64,000 nucleotides of DNA from the NCBI RefSeq assembly GCF_001194135.2, contig NC_069004.1, positions 13,011,166-13,075,165 on the forward strand. The letters run 5' to 3'. A program made the translations under genes and the position numbers. Positions 11,920 through 24,630 of the stretch are shown one piece after another. The DNA is from Octopus bimaculoides (lineage: Eukaryota). Below the pieces are notes generated by a model. The model saw nothing but the letters and a program-made list of their open reading frames with translations. It did no database searches and was not told the origin of the DNA. Every line of letters starts with the position of its first letter. Within the stretch, counting starts at the first letter, position 1.

Positions 11920-13550
11920 CACTGGTTCTTAACCTGGAAGTGGGTGTCAGTAATTTCCAAGTGGGGTGCAAGCCCTTGAGAAAAAGCAGGAATTTCTCTA
12001 ATCATATTTGTTATTCTCTAGATGAGAGCATTGGCAAATAATGAGAAGTTTATGAAAAAATGCAAAAGTATTGCCTTATACCTTTAGTTTTTTTTATTCC
12101 ACTATCTTAGCACCGCTTACCATTTTCTGTACTTATTGACCCCCACCCCCCATATACCTTAAAACCCTCACTAATTCTGAATTGTAGCTTTAACATTTGT
12201 CTTTATTTTGTAATTTTCTTCATTACAACAAGACTCGGGTTAAGAATCACTGGTATAAAGCTTAGATATTATTATCTTGTAAAGACAAACACCTTTTGCA
12301 GTTAAGAAATTACAAACCAGTTTGATCCAGTTTTCATATACATCAAATAATGTGATTCGTAAAAATTAAGAGACGTGCTGAAACATTATCAAATCATTAT
12401 AGTAACATACTAAGAAATATTAACTTAATTTTAAAAATTGAAAACAATTTTAAAATTTTAGGAAAATGAAAAGTATGATATATTTAAAAATAGGAAATAA
12501 AACAAAAAGTATGTAGTGAGTTCTACTATTGCTCAATTTAATAAAGTCTCAAAAAAAATTAAAACACAGATTGGAAAAATAAAAAACTTTAACAATAAAA
12601 CCCAAATTTTTAATGTTAAATGTTTGTTAAAAATATAGTAAATTTTTTCTAAGGAAAAAAATTATAATATAAAACCAAATGTTAAACTAAAATTCAGATT
12701 TAAATATTACAGAAAGTACTAGGTAAAACTGAAAGCTATGCAAAATCTTTTCTTTTGTGAAGAAAAGATTTAAAAAATTTTTTCATACAAATAAATACAA
12801 TATTCTATTGTACAAATTTTTCGTATAATTTTAATTCCAAATTTTTTTGTTTTAATTTTTTCAGAACTTTTTACTCCAAGCATTTTAACTTGGGCCTTGA
12901 CACGTGCCTTATCTTTTGTTAGCATATTTGTGTTGTCAACTGCACATCAAATAATCCATGAGTATAAAGAAACAGAAGTATCTTGACAAATATGTTTGAT
13001 TTAGATTTGTGTCCCTCTAAAAGGGTGACACAGAAGTCTCCCAGTGTGATAAGTTACAAAACTTTGAGCAATAATAGAATGCAACCCTCATGTTTGGAAC
13101 TCCACTTGAGGACAACACATCCTGCTCTTGCAGACAAGCCCAAGGCATTCTTTGAAAGAAAAAGACATTCCTTGAAGCAAGCTAAGTTGGACGGTAGTGG
13201 GGCATTTAGGCAACAAACTTCAATGGTTGTTGAGGATTCCTATGAGATTGCCATGATGATTACAAAGAGTAAGAAGAGTCATAACATCGGAAAGTCTCTC
13301 ATAAAACCAAGTCTACTCCGTGCAGCAGAACTCATTCTGGGGAAAGATAGTGCAAACAAGCTTTCCCAGATTTCACTATCAAACAATACAGTCAAGGAAA
13401 GGATTGATGACTTGTCTCAAGACACCAAAGATCAAATTCTCAATCAAGAGATTCTCCTGTTTTTTGTCATCCAGTGTGACGAAACAACTCACATCACTCA
13501 GTATTCTCAGCTAGGAGGAAGCATGGAAGTAAAAAGGTTAAGAACCACTG
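11920..13550 (+). mobile_element. Internally deleted hAT (Buster/Charlie, ZBED5/FAM200-like) element
   Basis: TIRs CACTGGTTCTTAACC and GGTTAAGAACCACTG; 8-bp TSD ctttagca/gtttaaca (NNNTANNN); broken BED finger then KSHNIGKSLIKP...ISLSNNTVKERIDDLS...IQCDETT, truncated after the first catalytic Asp. Confidence 0.85.
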
Positions 13551-14029
13551 GTTTAACAGATTGAGATTACTTTATCAAATGCCATGCTTGTCTATTCACA
13601 TTGTTTTGAATTAATCATGCAAATATCTTGTGACTGAAATTTCAAAGATTAGTTCTAGAACATCATGAACTGTGTCTTTATCAGCCCCACCACCTCCAAT
13701 GCCGTCCTCAGAACAGGACTCAGCCAATTCATCCACGTTCTCTTTATATCTATCTCTAGCTCTGTTATTATTACTTTCTTGTGGATTCATTGTTTTCCTC
13801 TCTTAGTGATATTGCTGCTCATACAATGAACTTTTCTCATCTCCCCTTTCTAGTCTCCTCTGCTGTTCCACGTTCATTATCCATCCCCCAAACCCTAACA
13901 ATATTCACACACGCAATATGCACCCTTCCTTTTAGTTTCAGTGAGACTCTCTTCCCTAATAAGCAGTCCACTTAGTTCCCAGGACTTCATCCATATGCAA
14001 CTATAATATATATGTAAAAATAATTAATA

Positions 14030-14475
14030 AATATTGATTTCAAATTTCAGCACAAGGCCAGCAAATTGGAGGAAGGGGGTAAGCTGATCAGATCAATCCC
14101 AGTGCTCAATTGCAACTTATTTTATTGAATCTGAAAAGCAAAGTTGATCTTGGAGGAATTTGAACTCAGAGCATAAGGACAGACAAAATGCCGCTAAGCA
14201 TTTTGCCCGGTGTGCTAATGATTTTGCCAGCTTGCTGCTTTAAGATTGGTAAAAGCTGATTTCAAATTCTGGCACAACGCCAGCAATTTTGAGAGAGAGG
14301 CTAAGTCAATTAGATCGACTCCAGTGCTCAACTAGTACTTATTTTATCAACCTTGAAAGGATGAAAGGCAAAGTCTAACCTGGCGGCATTTGAACTCAAA
14401 ACACAAGGACCAACAAAATGCTGCTAAGCATTTTTCCCAATGCGCTAACTGTTCTGCCAGCTCGCTGCCTCAAAA
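14030..14475 (-). mobile_element. Tandem pair of tRNA-derived SINEs (family B, Nin-domain-like core); other copies near 1975-2180, 30265-30490, 32395-32610, 58920-59300
   Basis: Head GGCGAGCTGGCAGAA.CGTTAGC, B box GAGTTCAAAT, core GCCTTTCATCCTTTC.GGGTCGATAAAATAAGTAC; family name not assigned with certainty. Confidence 0.75.
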
Positions 14476-15868
14476 TTGGTAAATATTGATACATAAATAT
14501 TAATACCAGATGTTTATATTTAAGAGAACAGACTACATATTTAAACATTGCTTTACATACAAGACACCTGGTTTATTAGGTATTTGAGCAACAACTGCTG
14601 TAGTTTTGTATTACTACCCTCTGCCGTTTAACTGTTAAACAAACAGTAGCAACACTTAGTCATAGTAGTAGTAGTAGTACCATCAGCTGTTGTCCAGACA
14701 TATAGATGCACTGTTATAATATCTAATTATAATATTTCTGAAATGAAAATCAGTGAGCTGGCAGAATCATTAACATGCCCAGCAAAATGCTTAGTGGCAT
14801 CTTGTCCAACTTTATGTTCAGAGGCTATCATAGAAGACACTTGCTGAAGGTGCCATGCAGCAGGACTGAACCTAAAACCATATGGTCGGGAAGCAAGCTT
14901 CTTACCACACAGCCACATCTGTGCCTATATATACATACACACATATTTGTATATGTGTGTGCATTTGTGTATGTGTGTGCATTTGTGTATGTGTGTGTAA
15001 TTGTGTATGTGTGTGTATTTGTGTATGTGTGTATTTATGTATGTGTGTGTGTATTTGTGTCTGGCAGCCCCACTACTTGACAATTGGTTTGTTCATGTCC
15101 TCCTAATTTAACAAGTCAGTAAACGAGACTGATACAAAAAAACAGATCAGATTTTTAAAAAAAACAACAACAAACAAACTACGTACTAGGGTTGATATTC
15201 ATTTGACTAAACCCTTCAAGGCAGTGCCCCGGCATGGCTACATCCAATGACTGAAACAAGTAAAAGGTGAAAACTGATTCTTCATTAAAAAAATACAAAG
15301 AAAAAAATTGTAGACTGTAAAATGGCTGAAAGAAATGCAAAGCAGCCAAACAGAAATGGACAGGGTAAAAAAAGATCTGTTAAGACTGTTCATACTGAAA
15401 TGACTTATTATGTGAGCCTACGTGACATCTGGGGCACAACTGAGCCAAATTAGTAGATGGAGCAATAACGGTATTTATCTATCTTTAACTTGTTTCAGTC
15501 CCTGGAAAGTCCCTATGGTGGGGCACTGCCTTGAGGCCAAACTCAGATTCATTTTTTTCCTTTTTCTTTTTTTTAAGCCTGGATACTTATTCTGTTGGAT
15601 GGTTATTGCTGAACTACTGAGTCACTGGATGTAAACAAACCAGCACAAATCATGAAGCAGATGCAGGGGACAAAATCAAAGACACACACATTTTATTTAA
15701 TAATAGTTTGATGCACAGTCTGTGGAACCTAGTTGGGTTCATTTGGTGAACCCACAAAGCTTGAAGTTATGTGAAGCCGAACCAAAATGTTATTAAAGAA
15801 TATAACTCCAACCAATGTGTTGAGTGACACTTTCTTTCATTTCTCCACTCACTTGCACACACACACAC

Positions 15869-15907
<39 letters not shown>

Positions 15908-15908
15908 A

Positions 15909-16400
15909 ATGCGCCCGAGAGAAATGTTGGACATAAGAAGTATCAGATGTGGCGTGCAAGAGAGACGTTTGCATTGATATGGTCATGTACTACGGATGGA
16001 TGAGGAGAGCTGTGTGAAGAAGTGCCACTCCCAAACAGTTGAAGGAATCCGGGATAGAGGGAGACCCAGGAAGACATGGGATGAGGTGGTAAAGCATGAC
16101 CTTTGAATGTTGGGCCTCACAGAGGCAATGATGAAAGACTGAGACCTCTGGAGGTATGCTGTGACTGAGAAGACCCGGCAAATAAAGTGAGTCCACAGCT
16201 GTAACCTATACCAGTGTCACATAAACAGCCCACTCAAAAGTACCTTGGATTGTAGGGCGACATGCTATGCTTGGGGAGACCTATTGAGTTAAGTACATCA
16301 ACCTCAAAATCAAATGGAAATTGCAGCTGTGATCCCCATGCCGGTGGCACATAAAAAGCACCATCTGAACATGGCCGATGCCAGCACCGCCTTGACTGGC
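15909..16400 (+). mobile_element. RTE ORF C-terminus and 3' UTR fragment
   Basis: GVQERRLH.YGHVLRMDEESCVKKC...GRPRKTWDEVVK. Confidence 0.8.
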
Positions 16401-18139
16401 TTCCATACTGGTATGCATGGGCAACTGCTGGTCTTTCGTAAACAACCTTGCCCAGACTTGTGTCTCAGAGGAGAACTTTCTAGATCATTCATGACCAAAG
16501 AGGGTCTTTATGATCAATTGATTGATAGATAGATAAGATATATAGGATTCAATGGAATCTAGGCAAATCAACATGTAGCAAACCCCATTTGGTGTTCTTT
16601 TGTATATATACCCCCCCCCCCCCNNNNNNNNNNNNNNNNNNNNNNNNNNNNNNNNNNNNNNNNNNNCACACACACACACAACAGGATTCTTTCAGTTTTG
16701 AAATCGACTCACTGTAGGACTGAACCCTGTGTTTGGGAAGCAAACTTCTTACCCCAAAGTCACATGCTACAAATTTATGCAGAAGAGGAGTCTGTGTTAG
16801 TAAAAGACCCCCTTTAGTCATGAATGACAAATGGATTGCATCTAGAAAGTTCCCCTCCAAGGGACAAGTCCGAGCAAGGTTGTTTATGGAAGACCAGCAG
16901 TCACCCATGCATATCAGCCTCCCCACTCCAAGTTACCAAGGTTATCCAAGGGAAAGGCAAAGGTTGATACAGCTGAGTGAACTGGAGCAATGTGAAATAA
17001 AGTGTCTTGCTCAAGAACACAACACAACCTCACAATTGTAAGAGTGACGTTCTAAATCACTGAGCCATGCAACTGTGTTGGTAGGGGTATGTAATGTAAA
17101 TGAATAGCAAATGCTGAGTGAAAAAATTTTGCTGTGTCATCGATGAATGGAAGAGAGAAAAAGAACATGGGGAGAAAACCAGTGAGGGGCTGGGATTCAC
17201 AGATAACCATCTCTCCTCACATTATAAAACTTTCCCTGTCTTTTCTACCCATTTACCCAGTCCAATCCTCTATTCACCCACCCCTTACTCTACTTTGAGG
17301 GTATGACATCCCCACCATCATCTCTCTCATTCTCCTCCAACTGGAGGAGAGTATGTTTTCAACAGCAACACATTAATCTCTACCCTTTACATATTCTTTT
17401 AATCTGTCATCAATTGGCACTTCCTTCAATAGGACTCCTCCCTAGTCGGAGGGACTTTGTCTTTTTCTAGGAAGTTATTTAGTGACCACACTGGTGCTGG
17501 TGCAAAAAAAAAAACAACAAAAAAAAAAAGCACCCATAACACTCTGTAAAGTGGTTGACATTAGGAAGGGCATCCAACCGTAGAAACTAAGACAAAACTC
17601 CTGACTAAGGGAGGTGGATTTGTATTGGTCAAGAAAAAGTACAATAGAGGGATAGAAATAAGTGTCTTGCTATAGGAGATACTTGGCTACCTCAGTTGGA
17701 AAAGAAAGGAGAGAAAAAGACAAAACCAGAAAGGAAGATAGACAGACAAAGTGAGTGAGAGAGAGAGAGGGCTGATGGTGGAGATGTAAGACAAGGTGGT
17801 GTGGGTGAGTATAAGTGGTACAGAAGATTGGGTTGGGAGGATAGAAGGGGTGATGTTTCATAAGGGTGTGATGGTTAGAGATGGGGGCACAGGTAACTGT
17901 AGCAAGTGATAGGAGTGGCTCAAGGGGTTGGGGGTCTATGGTTGATATGTGAGGGCACTGAGGCTTATTGTGTGTGGTTAGGAATGTGAGGTAAAGTGGA
18001 GGGATGGCATGCAGCCAGCCATTTTCCCCATGGGTTAGGGAAGAGGGCATTGGAAGATGGGTTGTTGAGGGGGATGATGGGAAGGGACAGATTGTATGTG
18101 TGGAGGTGTGTAGGGGGTATAGACGTAAAGAACAAGCCT

Positions 18140-19483
18140 GTGTATAGTCTGATTTAGCTGGGCGAATCTTCTCAAAACAAGGAAATCACAAGATGTCTCA
18201 ATCCATTGTTAACTTTTCAGTGTCACAAGGATCGATTGTCAGGCCGTTATTAAAGTGTATTTATTGGTGAATCTTTTCAAATTTATTTCTACTCCCCAAC
18301 ACATACTTCTGACAATAAAAGGATTCCAAGATATTTGTAAAGATCTTCAACAAAGTAAATTGTGTATCTCTTTTTGAGATGCATACTCAACTGTTTCTTT
18401 GCATATGTGTCCCATTATTTCCTCAAGGCTTACCTTCATTTTTTTCTTGTTCTTTACAACTGAAGGTTCTAATTCGTTTACCTGGTACTGAAATGTTTGG
18501 GAACTTTTTTTTAATGCTTTAAGAGCCCATGTACGCGAAATTTTCGGAGCACTTCTATACTTTTTTTCAACGTGAAAACTATCAGAAAGTTCAATTAACT
18601 CATTATCTATATCCAAGATCTCTTTATAATCTTGATTTCGCAATCGAATTTCTGTGCTTTGTGAAAGCATACCACGACCAATACCTCTAAGATTTGCTGA
18701 CGCCTCTTCGCAATCACTGCCTGCATCATCTTTATCTGAATCTTGACCATCATTTGGAGCATGCAAAACAAATTCAAGTTCTTGTGCATCGTGAATTTCA
18801 GCTACGAATAATTCGGAATGCTCACTTGTTTCGATAATGTTCAGTATTTCTTCTGCTTCCCTCCCGACATCAAGATTTCTCTTCAGCATAATTGTTTTGA
18901 AAATGAAACGATGCAATTATAAACTTTTTAGAGCTAAATGTAAAAATATATTCATTTTGCAGTTAAGTAATAGACCCTTGAATATATTTAACAGTAAAAC
19001 AATAAAGTAAAAAAAGAGCAAAAAAATAAATAAATAAATGCAACTGTAAGTGAAATATGAATTCTATATTCCGAAATGAACACTCCGATTTCCAGTGTAT
19101 GATTTATCATATTCAAGGGAAAAACACTTGATAAATTAAAACTTCCAAAATAATTTTGGTTGAAATATCATTTAAAATTAAAAGACGTAAGTCGCTGAAT
19201 TAAAAATTTAATTAAAATTTGGGATTCTATATCACTAAAAATATAGAACATAAACTTACGGTCTATAAAATTCACTCGACCAGATAAGAATGACTACTGA
19301 AGGAAAAGTTCGCAGCAAAATGTTGAATGAAATTATAAGGTCAAAGTTGCCAAATATCGCTAGAGAAATTGTTAGATATTAACCTATTGGTGTAGGTTTT
19401 GAAATGAAAGGTAGAGCGGTTAGATTTTTAGAATTATTTTTCTTTGGTAAAGTTTTCCGTATGACATATTGGGCACTAATGGG
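18140..19483 (-). mobile_element. 5' portion of a decayed piggyBac element in TDP2 intron 1
   Basis: TTAA|CCCATTAGTGCCCAA terminus at 19487-19483; acidic N-terminal ORF 18916-18347, then frameshifted VEDLYKYLGILLLS and SRNKFEKIHQ*IHFNN (piggyBac RNRF..I..YLHFND motif). Confidence 0.8.
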
Positions 19484-19903
19484 TTAAGCTAACAGCGGAA
19501 TAACAAACAAGTGGGTTTAAATATCTCACTATGATAGGATATGCACTTGCAAGTCTCTAAAAAAAGTTCTCTAAACAGTGCAATTATTTAAGAAATAGCT
19601 AATTTTGGGGTTGCCAATTTAGTCCCAAGTCAAAGTACTTTTTTATATTTTCATTTTATCTGACAGGTCATTTAAATAACGCACGTGCTTTGTAGCGCGT
19701 TCAGAACAACAAACTTCGTTAGATGGCTAGAGGTTTCCGTTGTATTTTTTAAACAACAATAGCAAAAGAGAAAGTGTTCGTCTTAACATTTCCTTCTAAA
19801 GACAAAAGCACAGCAATAAACAAGTGGTTTTAAATATCTCATAGTAACAACAACAACAACAATAATAATAATAATAATAATAATAATATACCCCCCCACT
19901 TAC

Positions 19904-20047
19904 CTGCAAATCCCAAGAACAGTTCTGCAAATAGAACATAGCCAGAGCAGAGTCAGTCCCCGTTAATTTGACAAATTCATCACATCTCTCTTTACATTCA
20001 GCTCCACTGGGAAGCTGGCTTTCATCTTCTTCACTGGAGTCTGACAT
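19904..20047 (-). CDS. TDP2: TDP2 coding exon 1 (N-terminal UBA-like region)
   Basis: ATG at 20047; MSDSSEEDESQLPSGAECKERCDEFVKLTGTDSALAMFYLQNCSWDLQ resembles the TDP2 N-terminal UBA-like motif (C.EF...T.TD.A.A..YL....W); CAG|GTAAGT donor at 19903, phase 0. Confidence 0.9.
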
Positions 20048-20789
20048 TGTTAGAGAAACTGCTTTTAATTTACAATGGTTTGCGCTAACAGCTCAGATTA
20101 AAAGAGAGAAGACCGACAGTGTTTGTTGTTCCAGTGACTTATATACCTTCGTCACAAATTGACATTTAGATTTATCTCCCTTGAATAAATAGAGTACATT
20201 TGTAAATATCTCATTTTGCTTAGTCTTTCTCCACTTTATCATTTCACCGCCAACTCTTATCTGGATCCTCTCTCCCTTTTCTCAGTTTTTTTTTCCTTTT
20301 CATAAAGCTGTTCTGTATCATTTTTCATTATAATTTCATGATCCACTTGGATGAACTAGCGCAACCAACACTAATAATTTGACTGATACTCTCTTCTTCT
20401 TCTGTCAATTCCACAAAAGACGAAATACTAAGTTGACCACAGTGGGATTTAAAATAAAAAAATAAAAGGTCTTAAGTAAATACCGCAAGACATATTACCC
20501 AATTCTCTACCGATTCTGCTAATTCACCGTCTAAAATTTGTCCTTTGACCCGTTTTTCTTATTTTTCATTCATTTAATATAAATGTAATCATACATGGAA
20601 TGAGACAGAACTGTTTACATTATCAGCTTATCTACAATTACAATGCACATTTAAACTCTGTCTGTCGTTATGTATGTATTATGCATGTATTATGTACGTA
20701 CACAAGTACTCACGCACTTGTGTAGGTATGTACCTGCGGACGTGTATAAGTACATAGGTACTTGTGTCAGGTTACTCTCATGAGTGTTA

Positions 20790-21480
20790 CTGGTAACATG
20801 GAATCCAGCAGAACCTGTTGCAGGTCCGTCGTCGGTGACTAATCTAGATCCACCCCCAACACAAAGCTTGCCTGGTGAGGAAGGTTCCTAAAAACCCAGC
20901 AGGATTAAAAACAAAACCTGTCAAAGGGACGGATGAATTCTGTGTAGGTTCACCAAGTATCTAGCAATAGACGGACACTCAGGAATTCCAGGTTGGTGTC
21001 TGACATGTTGAAAGACCTTTGAGAGTGAGGCACCTCTTAGCTTTTGCTAAAGCATGTCTCTTGGATAAGTCACTCTGATATAAAACCAGATATGTAGGGA
21101 ATGGTGTTGAACATTTTTGGGATTTTTTGCTTGCACTTAAATTCACTCCCACAATCTTGAGCCTGTAATCCATATTGGCACCGGATGTTTTGTCCTGCCT
21201 GTCTCTGTATCATGTCGGTAGTGTGAGGAGGGTCTGTGAAGTGCAGTGCAAGTCTTATTGGACCTAAAATTGTAGGTTGTGCAATCACCACTGAGACAAC
21301 TATCAGATGCCTGGTTGAGTCAGCAACTATCCAGTGCCACAGCGACTGTGGAAATTGCAGACTCAAACCTGGGTGAAGCTGACTGCTAGTGCAATAACCT
21401 CATGCATGGGCATTGCTTGCATTGTACATGAACAATGACCAATGATAGTCTTCTATGCTTGTGACTGGACAGCCAGCATA
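20790..21480 (+). mobile_element. Highly degenerate RTE-like remnant
   Basis: Weak traces of M.LNI.W and GHC motifs; 5' part resembles an RTE UTR. Confidence 0.3.
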
Positions 21481-21934
21481 TGTATCTATATACCTGCACG
21501 TACATATGCGAGTATAGCATGAGTACTTAGAAATTCTGGGCCGGAGTCTGATGCACTGTAACACCACTAGAAGTGAAGTGTCCTTACTTTTCTTTAAAGC
21601 TTGTTTCTTGGGCAGCTGATCTCAAGCTGACAAATACTAGAACCCTGATTCTGTCACATACAAAAAAAGCTAGTGAAAAATTTTGCCCTTCATATTCTTT
21701 ATTCGTGAGAAAGAAAAAACTTGCATCTTCATTAATTATTTTATATTAATCATGGTAATTTGCTTCCCCCAACTTTCTAGTTTTCAGAACCCACATATAC
21801 ACATCATGAGTCACACTGTTCTAGAAGGTCACTCTGGTATATAATCCTTTTGTATAAGGAATAGTGTTACCACCTCTGTTGGTGACACTATTCCTTATAC
21901 ATAGGTGACAAAGGGCCTCTCACTCAGATTAAAA

Positions 21935-22345
21935 GGCCATGGGCCATGACTGCTGAGGACATGCGTAAGCTCGCAAGAAACGAAGCTAGTATGCTCCGAT
22001 GGATGTGTAATATCAGTGTGCATATTCGACAGAGTGTAAGTACCTTGAGAGAAAAGTTGAACCTAAGAAGCATCAGTTGTGGTGTGCAAGAGAGACAACT
22101 GCACTGGTATGGTCATGTGGTGAGAATGGACGAGGATAGCTGTGTGAAAAAGTGCCACACCCTAGCGGTTGAGGGAACCTGTGGAAGAGGTAGACCCAGG
22201 AAGACCTGGGATGAGGTGGTGAAGCACGGCCTTCAAACATTAGGCCTCACCGAGGCAATGACTTGTGACCGAGACCTTTGGAAATATGCAGTGCGTGAGA
22301 AGACCCGGCAAGCCAAGTGAGACCATAATCCGAGGCCTCTGCCAG
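21935..22345 (+). mobile_element. 5'-truncated RTE LINE, open C-terminal ORF fragment
   Basis: MTAEDMRKLARNEASMLRWMC...LHWYGHVVRMDEDSCVKKC...GRGRPRKTWDEVV...DRDLWKYAV. Confidence 0.88.
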
Positions 22346-22389
22346 GGGTGTTGTCAGCCCACTTATGCGTACCTTCAGTTTATCAGAGA

Positions 22390-23060
22390 AGTACTTACCC
22401 CATTTTACAAGTATCACCATATATTTAACAAACAAAGAATAAGAATCTCATACTCTACCTAACCCAGGGTCAATTATGGCAACTTCTAGATTGTATAACT
22501 GTTGTAATAGAAATGTCTGTCTGCTTAAAAATGCCTGCTTGACTAGAAATATAGTTTACAAGTGTAATGTAATAGCTGATGTGGAGGCGCAATGGCCCAG
22601 TGGTTAGGGCAGTGGACTCGTGGTCATAGGATCGCAGTTTCGATTCCTAGACCAGGTGTTGTGAGTGTTTATTGAATGATAACACCTAAAAGCTCCACGA
22701 GGCTCTGGCAGGAGGTGGTGGTGAACCCTGCTGTATTCTTTCACCATAATTTTCTCTCAATCTTTCTTCCTGTTTCTGTTGTGCCTGTATTTCAAAGGGT
22801 CAGCCTTGTCACACTCTGTGTCACGCTGAATCTCTCCGAGAACTATGGTAAGGGTACACGTGTCTGTGGAGTGCTCAGCCACTTACATGTTAATTTCACG
22901 AGCAGGTTGTTCTGTTGATCAGATCAACTGGAAGTCTTGTCATCATAACTGATCAAGTGGCATGAGAATAGCTGATACAAATATATGTATCTATATAGGC
23001 TTTATGTCGGGTAAATTCAAATCAAGAAATTCACCCGATGAAAGCGATTTTCTTTAATGA
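22390..23060 (+). mobile_element. Penelope-like GIY-YIG endonuclease fragment split by a SINE
   Basis: HHIFNKQRIRISYS..PN, CCNRNVCLLKNACLTRNIVYK then, after the SINE, IYIGFMSGKFKSR. Confidence 0.75.
22581..22966 (+). mobile_element. Full-length tRNA-derived SINE (family D) with 10-bp TSD; headless second copy at 61284-61604
   Basis: A box TGGCCCAGTGG, B box GTTTCGATTCC; TSD AATAGCTGAT at 22571-22580 and 22967-22976. Confidence 0.88.
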
Positions 23061-23757
23061 TGTAATTACAATAATCAAATTATTCCTCAATAAAGAAAAA
23101 CTGCAGAAACAGTCCTTTTGTGTTCTTCTTTTATGTAAACATAATTCCAGGAACCATCCTGATGTTGGATCTATAACTAGCATGGGATCATGAACCCATT
23201 TGTGAGTGTGTGCATGTGTGTGTATCTATATATATATGTGTGTTTACATATGTATAAGTATATGTGAGGTGTGTATATGATACATCTGTGTAAATATTTC
23301 GGTCCTTTCCTGGCATCCTGATTGTTAAAATACCTTGATTCTAAAGAATCCTACAACTGATGCATAATTATATTCATTGTAAATTCTTATGTACTATAAT
23401 GGCTAAAGATATCTTACTGAATTAAGGTTAGGAATATTCTTATAATTAAAAGCTATGATGAGAATATCAGTGAGTCACACATAAGAAGTTGGACTACTAA
23501 ATGACAAATCAACAATTCGTGCTTTATCTCCCAGGATGTCCTGAGTTCACAACTACGACCTTTCACTTTCACTGGTTTAGTTTACAAGAAAGTCCCTATG
23601 TTGTTTCTTAGTCTGCTAGAAATAACAACTAAATCTCCCCCAAATCATACTCTAATACTGGCGCATTAGAGAATGTAATCCTATATACACTATGTTTAGA
23701 AAAAAGATGAGAAAAGGAAAAGAAATGGTATGGTTACGTACTGAGTACTTTTGGAGC

Positions 23758-23779
23758 CAAGCAGCAGCAGCAGCAGCAG

Positions 23780-23843
<64 letters not shown>

Positions 23844-23858
23844 AACAGCAGCAACAAT
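23758..23858. repeat. Compound (CAG)n(CAA)n trinucleotide repeat
   Basis: Directly visible; no splice context. Confidence 0.9.
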
Positions 23859-24599
23859 AGGTCAACAAAAAACAATGGTTTCAAATTTTAATTGTATGTA
23901 GTGGCTCTTGAATCCAGGTCAACTTTCACAGTGAAAGCTTTCCACCCATGGCATTCTCAAACCTTTAGTGGGATTTAGAACTTGGATATTCAATGGGACA
24001 TCCCTTATTTAGTACAATAGGATGATGAAGTTGGTTTTTGAGGAAGATTTGGCTATCATTAACTGGTTATATGGTCATGTAGAGGTTTTGTATTCTATAT
24101 GGTGTACCTAGAGATATTTGAATTTATTTCATCTTTCCATAATTTTTTCAAACTCCACTTCTGTGACTTGAAGAGCAAAATCAGAATGGGTGAGTAAATT
24201 AAAACAAAAACAAAAATATTCAGAAATAAAATAGCCTTGTCATTGTCAGTGACATGTAAAAGGCACCTGTGCCAGTGCCATGTTAAAGGCACACCTGTGC
24301 TGGTGACACATTAGAGGCACCTGTGATGGAGACACGTTGAATGAACCCATGCTGGTGACACCTCAAAGGCACCCATGCTGGTGACATATTTAAGGCACCT
24401 GTGCTGGTGACCATTATGGGCACCCATGCTAGTGACATGTTAAAGGCACCCTGTACACTCATTGGAGTGGTTGATGTTAGGAAGGACATCCAGCCATAGA
24501 AATTTGGTCGAATCCGATTGGAGCCTGGTGCAGCTCTCCAGATTACAAGTTCCAGTCAAACAGTCTAACCCATGCCAACCTGGAAAGCAGGTGTTTAAC

Positions 24600-24630
<31 letters not shown>

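Noticed and set aside
17620-18140. G-rich purine-skewed stretch (similar in character to 9300-9700 and 44420-44640) as a coding exon
   Set aside because: No homology or splice context recognised; most likely an unclassified repeat interior
18347-19904. In-frame TDP2-piggyBac fusion protein
   Set aside because: The candidate acceptor is out of frame with a stop after one codon, and the transposase is frameshifted near 18350
20795-20855. HDV-like ribozyme at an RTE-like 5' UTR (has CTAA and small hairpins)
   Set aside because: Could not build P1, P2 and P3 of the nested double pseudoknot by hand
23450-23548. C/D-box snoRNA (ATGATGA at 23455, CTGA near 23540)
   Set aside because: Only a 3-bp terminal stem, no recognisable rRNA antisense element, and not in an identified intron
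23692-23901. Poly-Ala/Thr, poly-Gln or poly-Leu coding exon
   Set aside because: Simple trinucleotide repeat without splice signals or flanking homology
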